From Lama glama (Eukaryota), in contig CM052817.1 in the NCBI GenBank assembly GCA_028534125.1, positions 14,572,001 to 14,636,000 of the forward strand: a DNA stretch of 64,000 nucleotides, written 5' to 3'. This document shows, one piece after another, positions 40,299-52,760 of this stretch (positions are counted from its first letter, which is position 1; every line of letters starts with the position of its first letter). The notes under the pieces were generated by a model. It did not search any database, was not told the DNA's origin, and saw nothing but the letters and a program-made list of their open reading frames with translations. The translations under genes and the position numbers were made by a program.

Positions 40299-41439
40299 GA
40301 AGCGCATACTATTACTAGGTGGTTTAAATGTGTTAAAAAATTGGTTAAAAACACTTCGAATATTGCCTGGGGCACCGCAAAGCTTTAATAATATTAAAAT
40401 TATAGTAATATTGATACTTTTTCTTTTTACCTTGGCTCTCCTTTTTTGCCTTTTCTCTTGCCCTATGACTCATGATTCCTTCCCTCCAATTTAACGTCAC
40501 CGCTACCAGCATCTGTAGGGTTTCCTCTACCCTAAAACTAGCTGCAGAGTTGGATATAGTATCTCTTTTGTTTCACCACAGTCTCTTTCTCAAAGCAAGA
40601 ATGTGAGTCTTTTTGATTGAAAGTTTCTATTGCTAATCACTAGGAGGAATACACACAGGAAAACCAAAATAACAGACACGGGAAAGGTATAATGGTTTTT
40701 GAACTGCACACCTATTTGGAAGCTATGGTCTCATCTAGTGACTTGGACTCCCTTCGGAGATAATCTGGGAGTTTGGTCCACTTTCTGCTGCCTTCATTCC
40801 CCAAGTAAATTCAGCACCTGTCTCAGCCCACCCTCAGCTCTCGGGAGAAGGACATGGTGATCCATTCCTCCCTGAAGGTCTTCTCACCGGCACCATACAC
40901 AGAGGGTACTTGGGAGAAACGGAAGAATGGTGGATAATCCAATAAGCCTGTCTGAGAATTTTTAAAGAAGTGTGATAGTGACTTCCAAGAACGTCTAAGA
41001 CTGAAATGGTCATCTTCCAGAATTTCTTCAGGGATTTATTCTTTACTCAATTTAATTTTACTCAGTTTGCTTTTTAAACAGTGTAATTCCTCCTAAGACT
41101 TCTGTCTTCTCCCCTTTCTTATTTCCTTAACATGAGTTCAGGCTATCCTGCTCTAGGGGTGAGTCATTTCATCTGTTTTCTTCCATCAAAAGCAAACTCA
41201 GAACAGAAGCACAATCAGAGGCCCAGGTGTGCCCCATTTGGCCAGGGGGGGCTCATCCAGACAGGCTGGAGCAGGTAGAAGCTGTTGGAGGCCAGGTATA
41301 CAAAATCTAAGAGCAGAGCCCAACCACTAGAGGAAAAGAGGAGAACACCAACCCCAGGACAGATGGGCAGCCCACGGGTCACAGCAGGAAGGCAATGTTG
41401 TTCAGCTTTGTCAAGGGCGACTGATTCATGAAGCTCAGG

Positions 41440-42420
41440 AAACGGAGTGGATCTCTGCTGTGTCTGACAACGTGGACGATTCCATCCTTGAAACTCCATT
41501 TCCTCACCTTCCCTGCCTTCTCACTCTGTTCTCTCCTGCCTCACACTCTGTCTTTCCTTCCTTATTGGTACCAGGTACTTCTTCTGCCCATCCTCTAAAT
41601 GTCGAGGCTTCAGAGTTTTATCTCATCCTGCTCTTCTTAACACATATCCCTACTAGTTGATACTGTTCACTTCATAGTTTTAAATCCCCATTAAAGACTC
41701 CCAAATCTCAGTCCTTAGCCAAAAACCTCATTATAACTTCACACCAGCAGGTGCAGCTGTACCAGGTTCACATCCGGGGTAGATGGTCTACCGTCAGGTA
41801 CTATACCGAGCGACCGTGATCCTCGTACTTACCCAACAGTATGAATGCCACAGAAAGTGATCTTTAAATAATGAATAGCATATTACAGAAATGACTTTTA
41901 TAAAACATATTTGCCTATAGATATATAAAATAGACAATATTTCTACTAATAAAACATATTATTATGAACACAGCCTCTAGAGCCAGACTGCTGATCTCTA
42001 CCCGGCTCTTTGACTAACCTGGAGATTGTAAGAAAATCTATGAAACTCTGCATCTCGGTTTTCTTATAAAATGGTGATGATAATCAGTTTCCTTATCAAA
42101 TTTTTCTGAATACTGAATGAGTGAATATCTATAAAGTTCTTAGAAGAGTCTCTGGTACCTAATAAGCACCTTCTACATTGTTACTATTATCATGACATAT
42201 TTTTATAATAGTAAGTAAATTATGACCATTAATTATTATTTTATGATAATAACTGTTACTTATTCATTTTTTTCCCTCTTTCTCCTTTCCTCCAGCTACT
42301 ATAAATAGATTCCGGAAAAAGACAGTCTTTGATCCACCTTTTAATTCTTCAGCACCTAAACCAGAAATAGGCTTCCTAGTAGATATTTAGTAACATTTAA
42401 TGAATGAATGAGTGAATGAC
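41440..42420 (+). mobile_element. L2 fragments with an intervening MIR (~41965-42195)
   Basis: L2 body (gactcccaaatctcagtcc), MIR (gcctctagagccagactg…tgcatctcggttttc) and L2 tail (cagcacctaaacc…tgaatgaatgagtgaatga). Confidence 0.65.
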
Positions 42421-42592
42421 CGCATGAAGAACAAAGTAAAAGAACCGAGCAGCTGAGATGGATGACAGAGAATGGGTGGAAGGGGAGCAGAAGGAGAAAG
42501 AACAAGATTCAGATTAAGAAAAATGAGTTTTATAGGCCAACCAATTCTGACAGGAAGATAATATAGATGAAAAATTACAGCTATATGCAATT

Positions 42593-42934
42593 ATCATATA
42601 TCACTTATATGTGGAATCTAAAAAAAAAAGATACAAATTCTATTTATAAACAAACAAACAAAAAAACAGACTCATGAACAAAGAAAACAAACTGTCATTA
42701 CCAAAGGAGAAAGTGCAGGGAGGGATAAATTAGGGGTTGGGGATTAACAGACACACATTGCTATATATAATATAGATAAACAACAAGGACCTACTGTATA
42801 GCACAGGGAACTCTATTCAATTTCCTGTAATGGAAAAGAAACTGAAAAAAAATATATATGTATGCATAACTGAATCGCTTGACTATACACCTGAAACTAA
42901 CATTGTAAATCAATGACATTTCAATTAAAAAAAA
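42593..42934 (+). mobile_element. Cetartiodactyl L1 3' end
   Basis: atatcacttatatgtggaatctaaaaaaa…ggattaacagacacacattgctatatataa…caacaaggacctactgtatagcacagggaac…acctgaaactaacattgtaaatcaa, then poly-A. Confidence 0.9.
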
Positions 42935-43734
42935 ATTACTAGAAGGGACTCCTGCTTCAGAATCACTGTGGCCTGTGGCGTTGTGCTTGATGAGAAATTC
43001 CCATTTGCATTTTCATCTCCAAAGAAATTTCGTCTGGCCCTCATGAACCTGTTTCAGAGTCAGGCTGAACTTGGAGTTTCGGCTGTTGACAGAGAGCATG
43101 GCCTCTTCCCCACTGGGAGGGCCTCTCGGCCTCCTGAGAACGCCTTAGCATCTGCCTTGTCAGAGACACCCTCGGGGGTCCTTGCTTGAGGTTAGAATGA
43201 GCAACTGCAAGAGATGAGCTTTGGATACGTGCCCCCTCCACCCCCTGAAACGGACAGCGAGGAGGATGCTGAGGGCACACGAGGTAACGCCTGCGAACGT
43301 GTTCTGGGCGCTTTGGGAGATGTGCACTCTCTTTGTGAAAAACCTGGTTTTGTTTCTTATAAAAAAATTTTCTCTTCGAAGTTATTTTCTGCTAAAATTA
43401 GAATGGACCATAACAAACCCTTCCTCAGGGGAATACAGAAGCAGCCAAAAACAATTAAGTTAGAAACTTAATGTCACAAAATGACTTCTTTAGACAGTCT
43501 CTTTAAGCTGTGAAGAAAGCCTCCATTTTATCATCTGTACTTCAGAGCCAGAGTGTCGTGTTTTTTCCTAAATTTGAAATGTGACCCTGTCACTTCCCTG
43601 TTTAAAACATGCCACTGGTTGTTTTTTGGACTTTATCCTGACAGTAGGATGCAATTTGACCCAACCTACTTCTCTCCAACTCTGGACCCCAGGCTCACCC
43701 AAAACTACTTGCAACACCCACAACGGACATCCTC

Positions 43735-43930
43735 CAGGTTTGCTAGATGTAAGAAATAAAAATACAGGATACCCAGTTAAACCTGAATTTTAGAATCTAA
43801 AACAAATACCTTTTAAGTAAAAGCATGCCCTATGCAATATCTAGGACATACTTATACTAAAAAAAAAATTATCCACTGTTCACATCATGTTCAAATTTAA
43901 ACTGGTTATCGTGTTTTATCTGGCAGCCGT
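43735..43930. mobile_element. MER53 hAT MITE (palindromic), within L2 sequence spanning ~43530-44225
   Basis: caggtttgctagat…aaaatacaggatacccagttaaa…ggacatacttatactaaaaaa…ttcaaatttaaactgg…ttttatctggcagccg. Confidence 0.85.
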
Positions 43931-44339
43931 AGCTCCCTTCTACTTTAGGACACAACTTCAGTGAACACATCTTCCTTCCTTCCCAATCCAGCCAAGTTTA
44001 GGCTGTGTGGCTTCCCCAGTGGGCTCAGATGTCCCGCTGTGTTCACTGTTTTTGTAGAACTTACTACACTAATTACAATTATCTCTTTACTTCTAAAGCT
44101 CAACTAATAGATTATAAATTCCACAAGGTTAGGGCTTATGTCTCATTCACCATTATCTCCCCAAAGCTTAAAAAGGTGCCTACAGTATAACAGTTGTTAA
44201 ATATTTTCTTGTTCAATGAATGAATGGAAATTTACTGTTAACAAGCACTTTGACAATTCAACAAATTATTTCTGTACAAATAGAAATTTGCTTTCTGTCC
44301 AGAGTGCTCCAAGGGTTTCTTTTTTAAGTATTAATCAGA

Positions 44340-44860
44340 ACATATTTTGCTTCTGATCAAAATCTTCCAATGGGTGGCCACCAGAATTAGAATAAACACC
44401 CAAGTTCCTTCCATGGCTCACAAGTCCTTGTGAGATCCAACAACTAGCTATAAGCTCAGTCTTCGGTTTTGGAGTACTCTTCTTGTTCACTGTGAACTGA
44501 GCACTGACATCCTTGCTGTTCATGACAGTTCCAATCAAAGCTCTACTTCAGGGTCTTTGCACTTACACCTCCCTCTGCCTAGAATCCTTTTCTCATCTAT
44601 ATGAAGGGTTCCCTGCATCACTGCCTTCAGGCAGAGAGTACACTCCCAAGAAAAACCTCTCCTGGTCTCTTACTACTCTTCCCTTAAGTTTTCTTCTAAG
44701 AACTCATCACTTGATATTTTATTGCATGGCTGATAAAACCCAATATGGCTGATTTAAGTTTTTTGAGGGCAGGGACTTTGCCTGTCTTCTCTTTTGTAGT
44801 CTTAGCAACTAGAACAAAGTCTGGGATGTATAGACGCTAATTTAATATCTGATGAAGGAA
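44340..44860 (+). mobile_element. L2 3' portion
   Basis: cttcagggtctttgcactt…ccctctgcctagaat…gagggcagggactttgcctgtc…agcaactagaaca. Confidence 0.8.
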
Positions 44861-45059
44861 AGAAAGGAAGAAGGGAGGAGGAAGCCTTCTACATATACTC
44901 TGGGGTCTGAAATTCTTCTTCATTGGTCAGCCTTCCCATGTAAGATCAAGGAAGAGAATGCTGAAGCAGTAGGTGATTGATGAGGAAATAAACCATTGTT
45001 CCTATAAAGGTTAATTCAACTTTGTCTTTTCAACCCCAATGTCTATTACCAACCCCATC

Positions 45060-45850
45060 ATGACCGATACTTTTAATCACCCACCCAACAGCCATTCCCA
45101 CTTTCTTCCTTGCTAATAAAACCCATTTTTATTTAGAACAATGTTCCCAGCCTTGGTCTATGGATCACTACTTGACCTAACCTAGGGGTTGATCAACTTT
45201 TCTGTCAAGGATCAGACAATAAATATATTAGGATTTGTGGGGCACATGGTTGCTGTCACAGCTACTCAGCTCTGTTGCTGTAGTGTGAATGCAGCTGTAG
45301 AAAATATGTAAATGAATGGAAGTGGTTGTGTTCCAATAAAACTTTATAAAAACAGGCAGTGGGCCAGTCTGGCCCACAAAGCATAGTTGGCCAATCTCTC
45401 ATCTAAGCAATCCTGGGCCCCATATTCCCAGTATCCCAGACAATCCAAAACAGTCACCTGATTCTGCCCCAGCAATGACACAGGTGGCTCTAGTGGCTGG
45501 AGGTGGGAGAGAGGTCTGGGATGGTTTCAGGAAAAGCTTTTGCTTTCCTAACAAAACGGGAGGGATGACAGATTTCCTCTTTCTTTTTCTTCTTCCTGGA
45601 TTACCAATAATATGGTTAGAGCTGTGGCAGCCATTCTGAAACCAAAATGGAAAGGAATAAAAGAATATCTTATAAATATACAAGAGACTAGCTGATTCTT
45701 GGCTCTGATACCACTGAATCCTTGATCCAACATCAGAAACTACTTCCAGAGTTCTTAAAACATGAAACAAGAAAACCCTTATTTATTATTAAATCCATCC
45801 TCTTCTGGCTTCCTATCACTTTCAGGCAAATGCATTCCTAATAAATACAA
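45060..45850 (+). mobile_element. Old MaLR LTR (MLT1K-like) interrupted by MER58A
   Basis: cacccaacagccattcccactttcttccttgctaa…gagctgtggcagccattctg…aaatgcattcctaataaataca. Confidence 0.7.
45183..45400. mobile_element. MER58A hAT-Charlie MITE
   Basis: aggggttgatcaacttttctgtcaagg…cagctactcagctctg…tgtgttccaataaaacttta…aaacaggcagtgggccag…catagttggccaatctct; flanks acctaacc/atctaagc form a degenerate 8-bp TSD. Confidence 0.9.
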
Positions 45851-46376
45851 AATACACACACATACACATACACAATCACACAGAGGCACGCACTGCCACT
45901 CAAGATAGGCACTCAAGTATCTTCAAAGTGTTAACAGTAATCAACTCCATCCCAAGCGTTTGGTGGTCTCTTCTTTACATTTTTCTGTTCTGCCTTACTA
46001 TTGTTATAACCAGAAATAATTACACATGTTTTTTATTTTAGGAAGACAGAGCACATTTTAATTGGGCTCTATCTGCTGACTTGTTCACAAGAACAACTGA
46101 CTTACTCCCTAAAAATCCCATTCCTGGGTAGGAAGAAAGATATCAGGCCAATTTGAAGACCTGGTTCTGAAGGAAGATGAGGAACCAGGCAAACGTTGGT
46201 CAGTCACCTGGACACGGAATTGACACAGTAATGGCAGTTCAGTTGGAAAGCTCCTCGCTCAGACCTTTTATGAGGAAGAGTCAGGGGCCCTCATATTTTG
46301 TTCAACTCCATCCCTATTACTTTACCAGGAGACACTTGGAGCTTATTTTGAGTGTTAATTTTTGTACATTAGCATC

Positions 46377-46853
46377 TGTTAAGGGTTGAATTCTGCACTC
46401 CCCCCAACCTGCCACCAAAAATTATATATCTGTTCAACCACAAACCACCGGTACCTCACTATGTGACCTTACTTGGAAATACACTGAGATGTATTAAGTG
46501 AAGATGAGGTCATACTGGAGTTGGATGGCCCTCAATCCAATACAGCTGGTGTTACTATAGGAAAACAGGTAAAGACACGAAGGCTCCCAGGGAGAACGCC
46601 GTGTTAACAATGAAGGCAGAGATGGGAAGGATGCATCTACAAGCCAAGGAAGGCCACAGGTGGCCCACCAACCACCAAAGAGGCTGAGAAAAGGCAAGGA
46701 GGGATCCCTCCACAGGTTTCAGAGGGAGCACCGCCCTGCTGACACCTCCACGGCAGAGTTCTAACCTCCAGAACTGCGAAACAATACATTTCCGTTGTTT
46801 AAGACCACTCAGTTGGTGACATTTTGCTATGACAGCCCTGGGACACTAACACA
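46377..46853 (+). mobile_element. MaLR solo LTR, MLT1C-like
   Basis: TG…CA termini; 5-bp TSD gcatc/gcacc; aagatgaggtcatactggag…gatgcatctacaagccaagga…cctccagaactgcga. Confidence 0.9.
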
Positions 46854-47525
46854 GCACCTTTCTTTTTGTTCCTTTCTTCAAGGATTAAAGAAAAAACACA
46901 AGTGCTAAGCAACTTTCCAAAGCACTTAAATATCCAGAAATTTATTTCCTTTTTCAAAACAACCTTGTGAAATAGCTTGAACAGTGTGTATTTTCTTGAA
47001 AAGGAGAAAACTGTTGAGGTACAAGAGCACCCTTGACAACCTCAGCTTCCATGTGTTTCTACATCAAAGCATTCCTGGGAATGCATATTTTTTATGTTTA
47101 CAAAATTCTGTCTCTTGTAGCTTCTAAGAGGAAAAGAGCTTATCAGTCTGTTTATTGCTGCTCTTCCATACCTTCAAAAGGGGGCAGCCCCCGGTTCTCA
47201 GAACACATTTATTAAATGAACTACTGGATTTCCTCCAGGGAGGAAAGCAAGCTCACATCTATTACACACTTCCTCTGCATCATGCACTTTCACTTTGTGG
47301 TTCTTAGAGTTTGTCCTCCTACTGGTCAGAAAGGAAGTGTTACCCATCATCTACGTATGAAGCATCAGCACTCAAAGAGTATGCATGATCACAAGCCAGT
47401 CCCCATCAGTAGTCGGTGAACTCCAAAAACGGCTCATGGGATTGCAAAATGTATAACCTTCATGCAGGGCAATTTGGGGAAATCCACCAAAATTATACTT
47501 TTCTGTTCTGCCTTATTATTGTTAT

Positions 47526-48025
47526 NNNNNNNNNNNNNNNNNNNNNNNNNNNNNNNNNNNNNNNNNNNNNNNNNNNNNNNNNNNNNNNNNNNNNNNNNNN
47601 NNNNNNNNNNNNNNNNNNNNNNNNNNNNNNNNNNNNNNNNNNNNNNNNNNNNNNNNNNNNNNNNNNNNNNNNNNNNNNNNNNNNNNNNNNNNNNNNNNNN
47701 NNNNNNNNNNNNNNNNNNNNNNNNNNNNNNNNNNNNNNNNNNNNNNNNNNNNNNNNNNNNNNNNNNNNNNNNNNNNNNNNNNNNNNNNNNNNNNNNNNNN
47801 NNNNNNNNNNNNNNNNNNNNNNNNNNNNNNNNNNNNNNNNNNNNNNNNNNNNNNNNNNNNNNNNNNNNNNNNNNNNNNNNNNNNNNNNNNNNNNNNNNNN
47901 NNNNNNNNNNNNNNNNNNNNNNNNNNNNNNNNNNNNNNNNNNNNNNNNNNNNNNNNNNNNNNNNNNNNNNNNNNNNNNNNNNNNNNNNNNNNNNNNNNNN
48001 NNNNNNNNNNNNNNNNNNNNNNNNN
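47526..48025. other. Assembly gap (exactly 500 N)
   Basis: Run of N; the round length suggests a fixed-size scaffolding placeholder. Confidence 0.98.
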
Positions 48026-48476
48026 CTGAGTGAAAGAAGTCAATCTGAAAAGACTGCAAACTATATGATTCCAGCTATATGAGATTCTGGAAAAAATAAA
48101 ACTATAGAGATAGGGAAAAGATCAGTGGTTGTGAGAGGTTGGGGCAGCGGGGAGGGATGAACAGACAGAGCAGAGAGGATTTTTAGGGCAGTGAAAATGC
48201 TCGTGTGATACCATAATGACAGATGCATGTCATTATACATTTGTCCTAACCCATAGAATGGGTTTGACACCCAGAATGAACCCTAAGGTAAACGATGGAC
48301 TTTGGGTAATCATGAGATGTCGATGTAGGTTCATCAGTTGTAACAAAGGTACAACTCTAGTGGGGGATGTTGATAACAGGGGAAGCTACGCATGTGTAGG
48401 GGCATGGGGTATATAGGAAATGTCAGTGCCTTCCTCTGAATTTTGCTGTAAACCTAAAACTTCTCTTTAAAAAAAA
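48026..48476 (+). mobile_element. L1MC1-like 3' end
   Basis: ctgagtgaaagaagtcaatctgaaaag…gtcattatacatttgtc…gaaccctaaggtaaacgatggactttgggt…ttttgctgtaaacctaaaact. Confidence 0.85.
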
Positions 48477-49070
48477 GATACATGAATATATGTATATGTA
48501 TATGCAAGACTGGGACTTTGTGCTGTACACCAGAAATTGGCATGATAAAAAATAAAAGTAAAAAATATACATATAAAAAGATACAGTCTTAAAGAGGTAA
48601 AATAAAACCAAAAAATTATAAATAAATAAATAAAATATGAGAGGATGTAGGTGATTATAAAGATTTATGAGCCCACTGTAATGGGTGAGCATTCTTTGCA
48701 TCCTAATTTGATCAAACCAACTGTAAAAACACACTTTAGAAAGCACTCGGAAAACTTGAACATACATTGATTTTAGATGGTAATAAGTATTTATTAATTT
48801 TGTTAGGTTAATATTGTGCATTTTATGTGTGATATTATGGGGTTTCCTTAAAGTTCTTGTTTGTTGACGATACATACTAAAATACTGAGAGATGAAATGA
48901 CATGATGTCTAGGGTCTGTTTTAATAGTCCAGAAAGAGAAAAAAGAGTGGTGGGAAGACATAGGCAAAACAAGATGGGTAAAATCATAATAACTGTTAAA
49001 TCCAAGTGGTGGATAGACAGTTCACTGTACTATTCATTTTACCATGTGGATGTTTGAAAACTTTTAAAAT
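48477..49070 (+). mobile_element. Short young L1 tail (~48477-48570) followed by an old L1M 3' end
   Basis: gactgggactttgtgctgtacaccagaaattg plus an A-rich tail; then gatgaaatgacatgatgtctaggg…tgtttgaaaactttt. Confidence 0.65.
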
Positions 49071-49139
49071 AATGTCCACTATATTTTATCACCTCCCAGA
49101 GTCACACATATGACTAGAGTTCCACAACAGAAAAACCGC

Positions 49140-49935
49140 ATCAAATCCACTGACCTTACCTACATAAAATATCTCAAATAAAACCATTTCTCACCACACT
49201 GTGTACATCCTTAACATCCTAAATTACTGTAATAATTACCTGCTGATCTTCCCGTTTCTACCTTTACTTTTCGCTGTCTGTGGTCCATATTATAGCTGGA
49301 GTGATCTTTCTGAAACACAAATTACTTCATGTCACTCCTCTGTCTGAGCCCCCCAGTGGCTTTCCATTACACAGCAATAAAATAGAAAGTTTTACCAAGG
49401 CCTATAAGACCCCATGTAATATAGCTTCCAGCTTGCTCTCCAATATTTCTCACCTCTCATTCCTACTTTCCTAGCTTAATTCTCTCTCACCACTCTGATT
49501 TTCTTGTTGGTTCTTCAAATAAGTCATTGTAAAATGATTATAAATCAATAAAAAATGTTAAAAAAAATAAGTCAAGTATGCTTCTGCCTCAGAGCCTTTG
49601 CACATACCAATTTTGCTTCTGGAAACATTCTTCCCCCAAATTCTCACGTCTTGCTCTCTCACTTCCATCAAGATTTATTTCAAATACTAACCCCTCATAG
49701 ACCTCCTCTTTGACCACCCTCTGAAATAGTACTCAACACTCCTCTAGTCCCTTTACCCTATTTAATTGTTTATCAGAGTGATCACCACATATGTGATATT
49801 ATCTTTATTGTGTGTCTCCCTCAGATGGTTAAGTATGAGCTTCTCAAAAGCAAGAACAATATTTGGGTCAAAACTGTATCCCTGGAACCCAGGATGGACC
49901 CTAATGCTCACACATTTATTCTTTGAATGAATATT
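49140..49935 (+). mobile_element. L2 3' portion
   Basis: gagtgatctttctgaaacacaaa…catgtcactcctctg…gcctcagagcctttgcacat…ctttgaccaccctctgaaatag. Confidence 0.85.
49527..49564 (+). mobile_element. Ultra-truncated L1 tail (~38 bp)
   Basis: ttgtaaaatgattataaatcaataaaaaatgttaaaaa between perfect 10-bp TSD copies aaataagtca (49517-49526 and 49565-49574). Confidence 0.75.
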
Positions 49936-51094
49936 GACTGAGTTAGAATCAGAATGTAGATCTCATCAGTAAATCAGTCCTGGTCTTAACCCTAGTATTC
50001 AGTCATTATTTTTCCTCTTCAATTCTTTAGCCATTCCATTAACTAACATTAAAAGAACCTAGAAAATTCTAGGTGTCTGAAAAACAATGACTACAGTGTT
50101 AAGAAATATATAATTTCCTAAGTGAACTTGATATATTTTGGAAGCATAGAACCAGGGGAAATAATTCATCACCTGGGGAAATCTCTGAAGATGGCTTTCT
50201 CATAAATAGGTTTTAGAATTCTCCACCTAGAGCAGGGAGCTACAGCTACAGAAATTCAAGATTTTCTTCTTGATTGTTAGGCCAAGAACCTGATGTTCAC
50301 TTTGATTAGCTGGAGGGTTGTAGTTAGAGTAAGACTCAATGTTAAATTATAATCATTTGAAGAAGGAAGCACTGCCTTCTGCCCTTGGTTCATAACCTCA
50401 GGCAAAATTTCGATTTACCTTAAAGTGCACGAGCCACTCACAGCTTTATTTCCACCCACATGTCTCTGAGCTTTGTGTTCTTGCTTTGTATTTTCCCTTT
50501 GTAAAAACCCTCTGTTTTTATCCACAGGCTCGTTACTCAGCTTTTACCTTTTAGCAGAGACATTTTAAGGTAAACCTGAAATTAAGCTGTACATTGGCAG
50601 CGACTTTAGCAGACATGAGATAAAAATAAGTGTTTCCCAGATTTTTTTTTTTTTGATACTCCCATTTTCCCCCCTCCTTTCAGGCTAAAGAATGCAAGAC
50701 TATGTACTGGAATGGTGATACATACGTTTTTATTAATTTAGTGTGGTTTGTGACTTGCTATTCCTAAACGACGAGGAAGCTCCTAAAACTAAGTCACATG
50801 TCAAAGCAAAGGCTGCTAGAGGATCAGCAAGTTTTCAGAAGTTCTAGTTTGCAGTCGTGTTTCCACAGGCTTGAAAGTTTCCAAAGGACTTTCCTTCTAA
50901 CCTATTATTTTATTTCTCCCTTCCAACGACTTTACAAGGAAAAGTACTGCTCTCCTTTTATAGTTGAAGAGACTGGAATTTAAAGAGGAATGACTTACTT
51001 AAGGTTGGAGGAGGTCACTGAAAGGATATGACCCCCATCTGAACCATGAGCTGGACCTGGGCAGTTGGAGGCTCTTACTTACCCCCTCCCCACC

Positions 51095-51435
51095 CTCGGT
51101 AATTACACTCTGCCCACCGTTCCCACAGTGGGAGCTGTTTCCAAGGATGCCCATACCCTTGGGAGGGTACGTGTTGTTGAGACCATCTGGGTGGTATACG
51201 TGACTGAACCCAGTTACAGCCTCTGTATAAATGTTAAGGTTCTAGCAGTGGATTCAGAGATCTACTCATCCTGGGGCCACCCTAGACAAGCCTCGTATAT
51301 AAGTCCCCTTGTTTATTAAAATGGTCACCTGCCAATTTGGAGTGGCAGCCTCTTTCTTCAGTCTGTCCTTGCCTTCCATGCATGGGGTCCAGTTGTGAAT
51401 TTTATCTGGGGAACTTCTTAGGTTACAAATCAACA
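51095..51435 (+). mobile_element. ERVL LTR 3' part (MER54/MER74-like)
   Basis: gagatctactcatcctggggccacc…aagtccccttgtttattaaa…ccaatttggagtgg…cctctttcttc…ggttacaaatcaaca. Confidence 0.65.
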
Positions 51436-52039
51436 CTTAAGCTTAGATAGGTTTTAAGTGACACAGTATTGAGGAAAAAGGTCTTTTTCTGCTCAATGTC
51501 TCACATCCCATTCCACATATTTTCAATGGGATTTAACCTGCCCTCCATTCTACCCAATCCCAAGGGTTACAGGAACATGACCTTGGTCAAGCTAATGAGA
51601 GTCCTCCATCCTCCTGTCCAGACAGATTAGTTTGGGGACCAGAACTTGGTGAATCTTATGGAAATGTGTCCTCTTTCTATCTCTGTGATCACAAGCTTTG
51701 GGAAAAATTATGTCAAAGCTATTTCTGGCATATTTCCTCGGCCAATTTTGGACAGTGTCTTCAATATGAGAAAAAGGCTGACTAACAGAAGCAGAGTTAG
51801 AGAGAGAGAGATTGAAGTCAATAGATTTCATTTATTTGCTAAAGCAAACTTGAGCTGCATTTCTAGCTAAGGGATCTAGCCAGAGTATACTGAGACAATG
51901 CTCAAAGCAGGTCCTCCAATAGCCAGTTCTTTCTTTGCACTATGCCCAGCTGATCCTAGCCCACTAGGATTGTAAAAGTCCAAGACACAAGCTTTCTGTC
52001 ACTCAAAGGTTTTACCTCTCATTCTTTGGTATAACAAAC

Positions 52040-52760
52040 AACTGATTTGAAGGTCTGTGCATCACTAACCAGCTCTATGATCTGGGGCAGATTACTCAAC
52101 CCAAGACTCAAAAGTGTCATCACTATAATGGGAATAATGACAGGATCTAGCTCATAAAGTTATTATTATTATTATTATCTTAGTTTTTATTGCCTGTCAA
52201 ACACTTAACTGGCATGTAGTAACCACCCAGGAAATTGTAGCTTCCATTATTAGTATTCACTGCTGAATAGAAGAACTCTAAATAAGATAAAGAAGAAAAA
52301 CATGAATCTTCAGAGGCTCATCTACCAATAAATAGAATAATTCAGTAGGCACAGAGCTGACCTTTAGCAGTGTATGCTGCACAGATTCCCAGGAACTAAG
52401 ATGGGAGAAGGGAAGAAGGACAGAAATTCTGGCTTTTATGGGAAAGATCATTCTGTGCTTCTGGTACTAAAAACTTCTCTTGATGAAGAGGAGTGATTTA
52501 ATGAGGGATAGGAGAAAGAAAATTAATATTTACTGAGTGTCTGCCAGGTGTCAAGCTCATCCTAGGCACTACCATAAAAACTCATCATTTAATCCCCACA
52601 AATACCCCATGGGAATGTAGGCATTATTACACCCATTTCATGGATCAGAAAACTAGAGTTCTGAATGTAATGGACAAAAACACACTGCTAATGAGTAGAG
52701 CCAGAATCTACAAGTAGTCATTTCAGTCTTCTGATCCATGCTCTCCTTCCGCACTGTACC
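52040..52760. mobile_element. Two MIRs (sense ~52040-52255, antisense ~52520-52760)
   Basis: gatctggggcagattactcaacc…aatgggaataatgac (+); tcatttaatccccacaaataccccat…cccatttcatggatcagaaaact (-). Confidence 0.75.

Noticed and set aside
47416..48082. Longest ORFs in the track (173-206 aa)
   Set aside because: Artefacts of reading through the N gap.
50510..50580. Possible 41-nt micro-exon (ttttatccacag … aag/gtaaac)
   Set aside because: Splice-like motifs are common by chance, and no partner exons or recognisable peptide were found.
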